Made by a program: the position numbers and the translations under genes | Notes under the pieces: generated by a model | Told to the model about the DNA's origin: nothing | The model's input: the letters and a program-made list of their open reading frames with translations, nothing else | The model's database searches: none | Shown: piece by piece, positions 1 through 9,261 of the stretch | How positions within the stretch are numbered: the first letter of the stretch is position 1 | Layout of the letters: each line of letters opens with the position of its first letter | Source: an uncultured Bacilli bacterium | GTDB taxonomy: Bacteria > Bacillota_I > Bacilli_A > RF39 > UBA660 | Reading direction: 5' to 3' | NCBI GenBank assembly: GCA_947623995.1 | Contig: CANQIN010000002.1 | Span: forward strand, 1 to 51,336 | Length of the DNA: 51,336 nucleotides

Positions 1-72
1 AAATTGCCTCTTAACCCTACAAGGGTTTTACGTGCTGAAGCACGTGGCCTGAACCGTCTTTTCGAAACGGTC
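1..72. other. GC-rich multi-hairpin segment at the window edge (possible end of a mobile element or a structured RNA; unassigned)
   Basis: Local G+C is far above the window background. Three adjacent stem-loops can be read directly: AACCC-TACAA-GGGTT (13-27), ACGTGC-TGAA-GCACGT (30-45) and ACCGT..TTCG loop..ACGGT (53-71). Minus-strand ATPase homology stops at this segment. Confidence 0.25.
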
Positions 73-511
73 AAAAAGTCTACTTTACCTACTGGAAAGG
101 AAAAATCTTTTTTATTGATATGAACGCCAAGTAAACTTCCTGCTCCAATAATATAATATTCTGGTGCTTCTTCACAAAAATATTTTAAAGAAGTTAATGC
201 TCTAGTATTTTTTGTATCTCATCAAAAAATATTAAAGTTGTATCTTTATCAATTTTTTTGTTAAAAATTATTTCTAAATTATTAATTATGTATTTTGGAG
301 ATATATTTTCATTAATTATTTTATCCACAATATTATTAGTTTCAAAATTAACATAAATAATATCTTTAAATTGTTCTTCAGCAAACTTTTTTACTAAATA
401 AGTTTTTCCTACTTGTCTTGCTCCATAGAGTAATAAAGGTTTTCTGTTTTTCTTATTTTTCCAAGATATTAAATCATTCATAGCCTTTCTTTGCATAATA
501 TCACCTAGCAA
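72..511 (-). pseudogene. AAA-family ATPase (AAA_14/DUF4143-type), frameshifted and 3'-truncated
   Basis: ORF 194-511 gives a Walker-A N-terminus (LLLYGARQVGKTYL, IFFDEIQ). After an A6 run on the coding strand (plus T6 at 208-213) the homologous sequence continues in another frame as NTRALTSLKYFCEEAPEYYIIGAGSLLGVHINKKDFSFPVGKVDFLT. Similarity then ends near position 72. Confidence 0.6.
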
Positions 512-598
512 TAATATACTCTATAACTCAAAAAGAATAAATATATTTATGATTTTTTCTTGGGTTATTTTGCTTTTGACATTAAAAATAGAACAAAA

Positions 599-1108
599 TT
601 ATTTAACTAATTCGCTTATTAGGACTGGTTTAAAATTTAAAACATCACAGCTAACATTTATATGTTTATTCTTATCGTATAAATTATTATCATATATATC
701 TTCAATTTTTCTTTCATGAATATGACCATGAATGTTAAGATAATTTTTTAGCATACTATCAGGTAAAGGGCGATGAGATAATATAACTTTATATTCATCT
801 AAAATAATAGGAGCATTTTTTAAAACTTTAATTTCACATTCTTCATATGATTTTGTAGTTAAATGATCATGATTACCTTTAATTAAATATATCTTACCAT
901 TTAACTTTGAAACAATATTAGCTAAATCTTTTTTTGAACCTAATAAAAAATCTCCTAAATGATACACAATATCATCTTTTCTAACTATCATATTCCAATT
1001 ATCAATAATTTTTTTATTCATTTCTATAACATCTTTAAAAGGTCTATTACAATATTTAATAATATTACTATGATTAAAATGCGTATCAGATATAATATAT
1101 GTTTTCAT
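599..1108 (-). CDS. Calcineurin-like metallophosphoesterase
   Basis: Motifs ISDTHF, GDF, GNHD and HGHIH are present. I moved the start to MKTYIISD (ATG at 1108), which follows a GAGG SD; the longer track ORF adds an unsupported hydrophobic extension. Confidence 0.8.
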   Translation of the reverse strand: MKTYIISDTHFNHSNIIKYCNRPFKDVIEMNKKIIDNWNMIVRKDDIVYHLGDFLLGSKKDLANIVSKLNGKIYLIKGNHDHLTTKSYEECEIKVLKNAPIILDEYKVILSHRPLPDSMLKNYLNIHGHIHERKIEDIYDNNLYDKNKHINVSCDVLNFKPVLISELVK

Positions 1109-1184
1109 TATAACTACCTCTAATATCATTTTAACAAACATTATAATAAACGTCAAATATTCTAATATCTGATCAAAAAAAATT

Positions 1185-1661
1185 TTATCTTCTAAAATGA
1201 TACTTATCTTTTAATTCTTCAAGTATTTCATATACAACTGGACATACTTTACTGTTATTAACAACGGTAATTAAACTATACAATCTTTCTTCTTTATTTG
1301 TATAAGGATATTCTTGACAAGATTTAGGTAAACAATTTTCAATCTTACAGGTTTTATCATCTAAAAAAGGACAAGGATTGGCAATATATTCACCATATTC
1401 TTCTTGTAAATATTTTTCTTTTAACTTTTCTTTATCATAATTATAAGTTTCACATATTTTATCTAATTCACTTTCATTCATTGAAATACCAATTTTCTTA
1501 CAGCAATTACGGCATTTACTACAATCATATATTTTAAAATATTTCTCATGTAATTTTTTAAAATCTTCATCTAATTGTTTTTCATCAGCATGACATTTTA
1601 AATAACTACGAAACTTATAATTTTCATCAAGTTTATTATCTAATTCTTTTAAATTAACCAT
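1185..1661 (-). CDS. Cysteine-cluster protein, YkgJ/CxxCxxCC zinc- or iron-chelating domain family
   Basis: CSKCRNCC motif plus further conserved Cys residues (CPF, CKIENC, CQEY). The start was chosen at MVNLKEL behind a GGTGAT SD. Confidence 0.5.
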   Translation of the reverse strand: MVNLKELDNKLDENYKFRSYLKCHADEKQLDEDFKKLHEKYFKIYDCSKCRNCCKKIGISMNESELDKICETYNYDKEKLKEKYLQEEYGEYIANPCPFLDDKTCKIENCLPKSCQEYPYTNKEERLYSLITVVNNSKVCPVVYEILEELKDKYHFRR

Positions 1662-1805
1662 TTTAATCACCACTTTTATATATTTTAACACATTAATAAA
1701 TAAAAAAATATAATTGCTTTTAAATTTTAAGAGTAATATAATTTTAATAAGATAAATTTATTTTAAATTTAATTATTCATAAAATATATAGGAGGCTATG
1801 ATATT

Positions 1806-2591
1806 ATGGAATTTATTAAAAAATATAAATTTATATTAATTTGTTTATTAGTGGTTATTCTAGGCTGTTTGATTTATTTCATTTTAATTAGAAAACCAGT
1901 TACAAATGAAACAAGTAATGGCTTAAATTTTAGAATCATCAACAATAATACAGATGAGGATAAAGGTAAATCTTATTTTCTATATTCTGATCAAAATTAT
2001 AGTTATTATTTAAAAGATAATAATCCTGATAAATTATTTATTTTGATAAGTAGTAATGGTATTCTTGAAGATGAAATGTATAAAATTTCTTTAGAAATGT
2101 TTAAAAATAATGAAAAAGAATTTAATATTAATGGTAGTGATTTAAGAATTAATAATGTTAAATATTGTCTTTATAAATGGGAAATTACTATTGATGAATT
2201 TAATGAAAAAATGGCAGTTGAAAAAGTTCCATTAAATAATATAGCTTTTAAAGTTACCGATTATAATGAAAAAGAAAATAGTAAAAGAACTTTATATTAT
2301 ACTGACGAGAATAATGTAAAAATATATAATGAAAATTTAGATAAAGTTGAAGTTAATAACATGGATTTAGCAAAATTCTTAAAAGATAATAATTTGCCAT
2401 CAGATTATGTTTATAATATTTTTAAAGAAGAAGAAAGTAATATCAATAATCCCGTTTATTTAATAGGAGATTCTACTAAACCAACAATGATTAAAGCTAC
2501 TCAATATAAAAATTTAAAAGTTTCATGTTACTATGAAAATAATGAAATATTCTATGTTCTTTCTTATGAAGAAGAAAGAGCATTAGAATAA
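1806..2591 (+). CDS. Hypothetical membrane-anchored protein
   Basis: AGGAGG SD lies 7 nt upstream of the ATG. An N-terminal TM helix (FILICLLVVILGCLIYFILI) is present. No recognisable domain. Confidence 0.6.
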   Translation: MEFIKKYKFILICLLVVILGCLIYFILIRKPVTNETSNGLNFRIINNNTDEDKGKSYFLYSDQNYSYYLKDNNPDKLFILISSNGILEDEMYKISLEMFKNNEKEFNINGSDLRINNVKYCLYKWEITIDEFNEKMAVEKVPLNNIAFKVTDYNEKENSKRTLYYTDENNVKIYNENLDKVEVNNMDLAKFLKDNNLPSDYVYNIFKEEESNINNPVYLIGDSTKPTMIKATQYKNLKVSCYYENNEIFYVLSYEEERALE

Positions 2592-2592
2592 A

Positions 2593-2619
2593 GAGGCCCA
2601 AAAAAGCCCCTTTTTATTT
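2593..2619 (+). terminator. Weak intrinsic terminator after 1806-2591
   Basis: GAGGC-ccaaaaaa-GCCCC (one mismatch) followed by TTTTTATTT. The T-run overlaps the convergent htpG stop codon. Confidence 0.35.
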
Positions 2620-4428
2620 AACTAAAATTTCACTTATTAAATCACTTATTTCAGTAGGATTTTCAATTGGTAATCCTTCAATTAATCTAGCCTCAGCATA
2701 TAATACTTTACTATATTTTTTTAATTCTTCTTGATCATTTTTATATAATTCTTCAAGTTTTTTAACAATTGGATGTTGATAATTAATCTCTAATACTTTT
2801 TCAGCATTAATGTTATTATTAGTAGGCATACTATTCATAACTTTTTCCATTTCAACCGAAATATTACCAACAGTTGATAAGCATACAGGATGATTAGTTA
2901 AGCGACTAGTAAATTTAACTTCTTTAACATCAATTGCTTCCTTCATTAAGTTTAAGACATCTTGATCTTTTTCATTTAAGGTTTTAAGTTCTTCTTTTTC
3001 TTCTTCAGTTTCATTTAGAATATTATCAGAACAAACATTTTTAAATTCTTTATCTTGATATTTATTAATAGCTTTTAAAGTAAATTCATCTAAATAAGTT
3101 GTACATAATAAGATATCTTTATCCTTAGCTATTAAATTTTCTACTTGCGGTAATGATTTAATTTGATCGACACTACTACCACAAGCATAATAAATATCTT
3201 TTTCGTCTTGATTATTTTGAAGATATTCATCTAAAGTAACCATTTTATCTTCTTTAGAAGAATAAAACATTAATAAATCTTGTAGTTTTTCTTTATCCAT
3301 TCCAAAATTATCATAAATACCGGCTTTAATTTGTAAACCAAAAGCTTCCCAAAATTTTAAATAATCTTCACGATTGTTTTTTTGCATACTTAATAATTCA
3401 CTTTTTATGTGTTTTTCAATATTACTAGCAATTGTTTTTAAAACTCGATTTTGTTGTAACATTTCTCGTGAAATATTAAGAGATAAATCAGAAGAATCAA
3501 CAACACCTTTAACAAAGCTAAAGTAATCTGGTAATAAATCACCACACTTTTCCATAATTAAGACCCCATTAGAATATAGTTGCAAACCTTTTTCATATTC
3601 TTTAGAATAATAATCATAACTAGCATGAGAAGGAATATATAACAATGATGCATATTCTAATAAACCTTCAGCTTTAATATGTAAATGACTTAACGGTTTT
3701 TCATAATCAAAAAATTTATCTGAATAGAAGGTATTATACTCTTCTTCACTAACTTCTTTTTTATTACGACGCCACAAAGGGATAAGAGAATTAATTGTTT
3801 CTAACTTTTTATCTTCTTCCATTTTAATTGGATATGTAATATAATCAGAATATTTTTTAATTAAACTTCTAATTTCAAAATCTTCTAAATAACGATTATA
3901 TTCTTCTTCATCTTTAATTGTTAAAATTATATCGGTTCCATAACTTTCTTTGTTAGCTTTTTTAATCTCATAGCCATCTATTCCACTAGATACCCAAGAG
4001 TATGCTTCATTGCTTCCATAAGCTTTAGAAATTACTGCTACTTTAGAGGCAACCATAAAGGCTGAGTAAAAACCAACCCCAAATTGTCCAATAATATCAA
4101 TATTTTCTTTTTTCTTATTTTCATTTTTAAAATCAAATGAACCACTTTTAGCAATCGTTCCTAAATTTTTTTCTAATTCTTCTTTAGTCATTCCAATACC
4201 ATTATCAGAAACAATTAATGTACGTTCTTCTTTATTTACTTTAACGATAATTGCAAAGTCTTTTTTATTAACTTTCATTTTCTTATTAGTTAAAGACTCA
4301 TAATGAAGTTTATCAATAGCATCAGATGCATTAGAAATAATTTCTCTTAAAAATATTTCTTTATTCGTATAAATAGAATTAATCATTAATTCCATCAATC
4401 TTTTAGATTCAGCTTTAAATTCTTTCAT
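2614..4428 (-). CDS. htpG: Molecular chaperone HtpG (Hsp90 family)
   Basis: N-terminus FKAESKRLMELMINSIYTNKEIFLREIISNASDAIDK, plus GQFGVGFYSAFMVA. Full length is 604 aa. Confidence 0.95.
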   Translation of the reverse strand: MKEFKAESKRLMELMINSIYTNKEIFLREIISNASDAIDKLHYESLTNKKMKVNKKDFAIIVKVNKEERTLIVSDNGIGMTKEELEKNLGTIAKSGSFDFKNENKKKENIDIIGQFGVGFYSAFMVASKVAVISKAYGSNEAYSWVSSGIDGYEIKKANKESYGTDIILTIKDEEEYNRYLEDFEIRSLIKKYSDYITYPIKMEEDKKLETINSLIPLWRRNKKEVSEEEYNTFYSDKFFDYEKPLSHLHIKAEGLLEYASLLYIPSHASYDYYSKEYEKGLQLYSNGVLIMEKCGDLLPDYFSFVKGVVDSSDLSLNISREMLQQNRVLKTIASNIEKHIKSELLSMQKNNREDYLKFWEAFGLQIKAGIYDNFGMDKEKLQDLLMFYSSKEDKMVTLDEYLQNNQDEKDIYYACGSSVDQIKSLPQVENLIAKDKDILLCTTYLDEFTLKAINKYQDKEFKNVCSDNILNETEEEKEELKTLNEKDQDVLNLMKEAIDVKEVKFTSRLTNHPVCLSTVGNISVEMEKVMNSMPTNNNINAEKVLEINYQHPIVKKLEELYKNDQEELKKYSKVLYAEARLIEGLPIENPTEISDLISEILVK

Positions 4429-4443
4429 ATCATCATTCTCCTT

Positions 4444-4470
4444 TTAGCACTCAATCTAATTAACTGCCAA
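4444..4470 (-). promoter_or_regulatory. CIRCE-like inverted repeat (HrcA operator) in the htpG leader
   Basis: Minus strand reads TTGGCAGTT-N9-GAGTGCTAA against the consensus TTAGCACTC-N9-GAGTGCTAA. The right half matches 9/9, the left half 6/9, and the spacing is exactly 9 nt. Confidence 0.55.
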
Positions 4471-4475
4471 TTAAA

Positions 4476-4504
4476 ATTATAGACTTCTAATCATCAAAAG
4501 TCAA
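4476..4504 (-). promoter_or_regulatory. Sigma-A type promoter of htpG
   Basis: TTGACT (4504-4499), 17-nt spacer, TATAAT (4481-4476), immediately upstream of the CIRCE-like element. Confidence 0.65.
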
Positions 4505-4505
4505 T

Positions 4506-4532
4506 AAAAAAAGCAGATAATTTTTTATCTAC
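4506..4532 (-). terminator. Intrinsic terminator of the 1534-aa surface protein gene
   Basis: Minus strand GTAGATAA-AAAA-TTATCTGC (7/8 bp) followed by T7. The stem includes the TAG stop codon. Confidence 0.6.
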
Positions 4533-7500
4533 TTATTTAATTTTTTTAAAGAATTTTTAATTCCAAAGACTAATACAATTAAACTTATAACAGCCATCAT
4601 AACATAAGTCATAATATTATCAACAGTTTGAGGATTTGAAACATTATTATCTACTTCTTCATTTTCAACAACTACATCACTTAATATTACTTCTAAATTA
4701 ATATCTTCATTTAATTTAGTATCTAATGTTATTTCTTCTTCATTTTTAATATTTTTAAAGCCTTTAAATTCTTTAGTTTCATCATGTTCCATTAATTTTT
4801 CTAATCTTTGTTTATCTTCATCATTTAAATCACTTAAAGATTGTCCTTCTTCTAATTTAAATTCTTCATCACCAATTGTTACAATAATATAATGTTTAAT
4901 ACTTAAATTTTTATTTTCATTAAGAACAGTATCTAAAAGAATTGTATTACCATCTTCATCAACAAATCTTACAAATCTTTCTTCTTTCATAATTTTTTCA
5001 ATTAATGAAAGTTCTTCACTACTTAAATCACTTAATTTAGAATTTTCATCTAAAACAAATTCATGTTCATTTAATTTAACAATAATTTTATAATTAGCTT
5101 TAACCACTATATCATCATTAACAATCATATCATAATCTAAATCTTCAACAACTTTATTATCTACTACAAATTCTTTAAATTGTTTATTGGTTGCTTCTTT
5201 TAATTTATTTAGAGCATTAACTATATCTTTATCATCACTTAATTTTTTACCTTCTTCTAATTTAAAACTTTCATCTCCAACAGTAACACTATTTTTATAT
5301 AATGCTTTAATTGTTAATGGTTCATTAATATTAGTATTTACTTCAACAGTATTACCATCTAAATCAACAAATCTTGAGAATTCTTTTCTATTTTTCTTTA
5401 AAGCTTCTAAAGCATTCTTAATACTTTCATTACTTTCTAAAGATTTACCCTCAATTAAATCATACACTTTATCATTTATTGTTACTTCTAAAGTAAAGAT
5501 ACTTTTTAAATCTACATTTTCATTTAAAACCGTAGTTTCTAAAACAGTATTACCATCTAAATCTTCAAATTTTAAGAATTTACGATCCTCTTTAATTTTA
5601 AAATTAGATAAATTAGCAAGATCACTTAAACTTTGTCCCTCATCAAGTAATTGTTCTATACCATCAATGCTAATTCTTATTGAATAATTAGCTTTAATGT
5701 TCATATCATCATTTACAACAGTTTCAAAATCAATTTCATTATTAATTACACCATCTACAACATATTCTTTAAATACTTTATTTGAAACATTTTTTAATTC
5801 ATTTAAAGCATCAACAATATCTTTTTCATCATTTAATTTCTTACCTTCTTCGATTTGATATTCTTCATCTTCTACCATAACAGTTTTAAAGTATAAAGCT
5901 TTAATGGTTATATTATCTGTTATAGGAGTAGCAGTTGTTATTGTATTACCATCTAAATCAACAAATCTTGAAAAATCACCATTATACATTAAATCATCTA
6001 AAGCTTGATATAATTCTAAATTTTGGGTAGCATCATTGCCTTCTGCTAAATCAAATTTATCACCAGTATTTTCAATTGTTACAGTAACTCCAAAGATAGC
6101 TTTAAGATTTATATGTTCTTTTAAAGGACTATCTTCACTAACAACATTACCATCTTCATCTTCAAATCTCAAAAATTTACGACCATCTTTAGTTTTAAAA
6201 TTAGATAAATCTTCAATATCACTTAAAAATTGTCCTTCATCTAAAGTTTTATTTTCACCATTAATAGTAACATTAATAGTATATTTAGGAGTTAATACAG
6301 CATTTTCACTAAACTCAGTATCGATATAATACTTATTACCACTAGCTTCAAAATAACTAAAATCTTTATTACCAGGATTTATAATACTATTTAATCTTAT
6401 TTTATCTTCATCAGTATCTTCTCTTAATAATATTTCATTTAATCTGTGATTTAAATCATCAAAGAAGAATACTTCTTCACCAATTTGAATACTCATTCCA
6501 TATTTAGGTGAAAGAGTCATATTTTCATGTAATTCCATATCAACTGGAATACCAATTCCATTCTCATCAATTAAATCAGCAAAATGTCTAGTTCCATCAT
6601 TTTTATATTCATCAATAATAGCCATAATATCTGCACTAGAACTTAAACTATTTCCTTCATCTAAAGTAAATTCTCCTTTATCAGTAATAGTAATGGTAAT
6701 TGTATAAGTAGCTACAATACTAATATCTTCACTAGCAACATAATCATCTAATGAATCATATTCAACACTATTTATTACATATTTTTTAAAATTCTTTTTA
6801 ACAACATCTTTTAAAGCATCTAAAGCACTTTTAAGTTCAGTATCTTCACTTAACATTTTTCCTTCTTCAATTTTATAAATATTCTCACCAATTTCAACAT
6901 TAATATTATAAAGGGCACTTATAGTTAAATTTTTAGTTATAACTTCATTAGTATTTACAGTATTTTTATCAACATCAACAAATCTAGAAAAATCTTTTTC
7001 ACTATCTTTTAAAGTTTCTAAAGCATTCATTATTTCTTCAGAATCTTCTAATTTTTTGCCCTCTTCTAAATCATAAATTTTACTATCAATTGTAATTTCA
7101 TAAGCAAATATAGCAGTTAATTGAATATTTTCATGTAAAGGATCTCTTTCATTTATAGTTTCTCCATTTGCATCTTCAAATCTCATAAATTTAAGACCAG
7201 CTTTAGTTTTATATGTTGATAATGTATCAATATTACTTAAAGATTGTCCTTCATCTAAAGTAATATCTTCAACATCATTAATTTTAACATTAATCGTAAA
7301 TTTAGGAGTTAATACAGCATTTTCATCAAAAACAGTTTCCATATCAACTGTATCTCCATTAGCATCTTCAAAATGCTTAAATGTTTTATTATCAGCTTTT
7401 TTATAATTTTCTAATTTGACTTTATCTTCATTAGTTAAATCACCTAATTTATGACCTTGTTCTTCAAAGAAGAAAACATCATCACCTATTTCGACACTTA

Positions 7501-9133
7501 TACCATATTTAGGTTTAAGAGTCATATTTTGATGTAATTCTTCAGTTAATGGAACACCAACTCCACCTTCATCAACTAAACCAGCATAATGTTTTGTTTT
7601 ATCATTATCGTATCCTTCAACAATTTCTAAAATTCGAGAATTAGAATTTAAAGTTTTTCCTTCATCAAAAGTAAATGTTTCTTCACCAATCTTAATTTCA
7701 ACTTGATATTTAGCAGTTATAGTTACATCTTTATTAAAGATATAATCATCATCAATTTCTTCATCATCTTGGTCTTTAAAACCTACAAATTTTTTAGTAT
7801 CAACACTTTCTAAAGCACTTATTTTATCTTTTACAGCTTCAGTTGCTTTAAAATCTTTAAATTTAGTATTTTCTTCTACTTCAAAATTTCCTTCTACGCC
7901 ATCTATTGTAACATTATAAAGTTTTACATAATTAGAATAAATATCCATATTCTTAGTTAATTCAGTTTCAACATTAAATTCTTTCTTTTCATTAGTATCA
8001 TCATCAATAAATTGATATCCTTTTAATCTATATCCTTCTTTTTCACTTGGTAATTCTTTTTGATTTATTTTAGCATTTTTATCATATGCTTTAACTGTTA
8101 AATTACCTTCATTATCATAAATTCCTACAACAACATAATCAGCATCTACATTATATTTATAAGGAACTGTTATTAATGATTCTTTATTATTTTTAGATAA
8201 AATAATATCTACGCCATTTTCAATATAAATAACATTACTATTATCAGCTGTATTACTTTTGCCAAAATTAAAGATTGCACTACCAGGAGCATTATTTTCA
8301 TCAACAATTTTAGAATTTCCTGTAATATTTAATTTAATATTTGAACAAGGGGTCTCGCCATCTAAAGAGAATATATATTCAGCATTAGGACTTTTCGAAT
8401 CATTACCTGTAACTATTGTATTATTAAGATTAATAGTTAAACCTTTTTCATTTTCAATAGATATTGCTTCTTCATTTTCATGAAGAGAAGAACGCGCACT
8501 AATGTTAGAATCATTAACATTGATAGTGTTATTTTCACCATTTAGAATATCAAAAGCTTTTTGTCCACTTATGTAACTATTATTATAAATATTAATTTCT
8601 ACATCAGAAGCAGCAAGTCTAATACCATCATATAATATTGAAAACATCGAATTATTAATGTCAATTTTAGAACCATTAGCACCATCAATATTTAAAACAG
8701 TTTGATAAACACCTTTATTTAAATTATCGCCGCGACCAATTGTCAGAAATGTAACTTTTTCTAAAGTAAGATTTACTTTTTTATTAACTTTAACATAATT
8801 CCAATTAAGATTCTTAGTTATTGGAACAGCTCTAATATTTTTAATTACAACATTATTTGGAGTATCATCTTCATCATCAATAATAATTTCACTATTAATT
8901 GTAGACCCTTCACCTTCAATAGTAAGATCTTTATTTATGATAATTTGAGTTCCTTCATTACCATAAGTTCCACCAGTTAATCTTAAAGTATCACCAACAT
9001 CAGCATTTTCGATTGCAGTTTTTAATGTTGTTGCCCCAGCATTAACTTTGGTAGTTTTAGCAAAAACACTAGGCATACCACACATCATACCTACACTAAC
9101 AACACTAATAAATTTAACAAGATTTTTTTTCAT
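4529..9133 (-). CDS. Giant repeat-rich surface protein with a candidate sortase-B type sorting signal
   Basis: Signal peptide MKKNLVKFISVVSVGMMCGMPSVFA. The N-terminal ~400 aa are N/G/I-rich and beta-helix-like. About 17 tandem modules of 62-72 aa follow. The C-terminus is NPQTVD, a hydrophobic helix, then KKLNK. Confidence 0.85.
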   Translation of the reverse strand: MKKNLVKFISVVSVGMMCGMPSVFAKTTKVNAGATTLKTAIENADVGDTLRLTGGTYGNEGTQIIINKDLTIEGEGSTINSEIIIDDEDDTPNNVVIKNIRAVPITKNLNWNYVKVNKKVNLTLEKVTFLTIGRGDNLNKGVYQTVLNIDGANGSKIDINNSMFSILYDGIRLAASDVEINIYNNSYISGQKAFDILNGENNTINVNDSNISARSSLHENEEAISIENEKGLTINLNNTIVTGNDSKSPNAEYIFSLDGETPCSNIKLNITGNSKIVDENNAPGSAIFNFGKSNTADNSNVIYIENGVDIILSKNNKESLITVPYKYNVDADYVVVGIYDNEGNLTVKAYDKNAKINQKELPSEKEGYRLKGYQFIDDDTNEKKEFNVETELTKNMDIYSNYVKLYNVTIDGVEGNFEVEENTKFKDFKATEAVKDKISALESVDTKKFVGFKDQDDEEIDDDYIFNKDVTITAKYQVEIKIGEETFTFDEGKTLNSNSRILEIVEGYDNDKTKHYAGLVDEGGVGVPLTEELHQNMTLKPKYGISVEIGDDVFFFEEQGHKLGDLTNEDKVKLENYKKADNKTFKHFEDANGDTVDMETVFDENAVLTPKFTINVKINDVEDITLDEGQSLSNIDTLSTYKTKAGLKFMRFEDANGETINERDPLHENIQLTAIFAYEITIDSKIYDLEEGKKLEDSEEIMNALETLKDSEKDFSRFVDVDKNTVNTNEVITKNLTISALYNINVEIGENIYKIEEGKMLSEDTELKSALDALKDVVKKNFKKYVINSVEYDSLDDYVASEDISIVATYTITITITDKGEFTLDEGNSLSSSADIMAIIDEYKNDGTRHFADLIDENGIGIPVDMELHENMTLSPKYGMSIQIGEEVFFFDDLNHRLNEILLREDTDEDKIRLNSIINPGNKDFSYFEASGNKYYIDTEFSENAVLTPKYTINVTINGENKTLDEGQFLSDIEDLSNFKTKDGRKFLRFEDEDGNVVSEDSPLKEHINLKAIFGVTVTIENTGDKFDLAEGNDATQNLELYQALDDLMYNGDFSRFVDLDGNTITTATPITDNITIKALYFKTVMVEDEEYQIEEGKKLNDEKDIVDALNELKNVSNKVFKEYVVDGVINNEIDFETVVNDDMNIKANYSIRISIDGIEQLLDEGQSLSDLANLSNFKIKEDRKFLKFEDLDGNTVLETTVLNENVDLKSIFTLEVTINDKVYDLIEGKSLESNESIKNALEALKKNRKEFSRFVDLDGNTVEVNTNINEPLTIKALYKNSVTVGDESFKLEEGKKLSDDKDIVNALNKLKEATNKQFKEFVVDNKVVEDLDYDMIVNDDIVVKANYKIIVKLNEHEFVLDENSKLSDLSSEELSLIEKIMKEERFVRFVDEDGNTILLDTVLNENKNLSIKHYIIVTIGDEEFKLEEGQSLSDLNDEDKQRLEKLMEHDETKEFKGFKNIKNEEEITLDTKLNEDINLEVILSDVVVENEEVDNNVSNPQTVDNIMTYVMMAVISLIVLVFGIKNSLKKLNK
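4680..7930 (-). repeat. In-frame tandem array of ~17 modules of 62-72 codons inside the giant protein, with a 5-module higher-order repeat
   Basis: Recurrent pattern (V/I)x(I/V)x...(L/F)xEGxxL.....F(S/K)(R/K)F(V/E)DxDGNT(V/I)....(I/L)xxNxx(L/I)xAxY, which is InlB-B-repeat/Flg_new-like. Modules 2-6 (EIKIGEETFTFDEGKTL...) are re-used as modules 7-11 (TITITDKGEFTLDEGNSL...). Confidence 0.8.
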
Positions 9134-9159
9134 TTTCCCAACTCACTTTCAGTACCATA

Positions 9160-9188
9160 ATTTTATCATTTAAAGAAAAGTTAGTCAA
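9160..9188 (-). promoter_or_regulatory. Candidate promoter of the giant surface protein gene
   Basis: TTGACT (9188-9183), 17 nt, TGa-TAAAAT (extended -10, 9165-9160). Confidence 0.45.
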
Positions 9189-9261
9189 ACAATATCATAA
9201 CAATTCCATGTCAAGTAAATTGGTAATTTATTACATAAAAATGATTAGGATTATTATAATT

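Noticed and set aside
5187-8483. Plus-strand ORFs 5187-5687, 6036-6329 and 8259-8483, antisense to the giant surface protein gene
   Set aside because: These are shadow ORFs inside a well-supported 4.6-kb minus-strand CDS. They have low-complexity S/L/F-rich translations and no SD sequence.
9206-9215. TTGACATGG on the minus strand downstream of paralog 9262-10629, resembling the start of a P5-type switch promoter with the tract collapsed
   Set aside because: Only ~10 nt match and no appropriately spaced -10 box follows. That is too short to separate from chance in AT-rich DNA.
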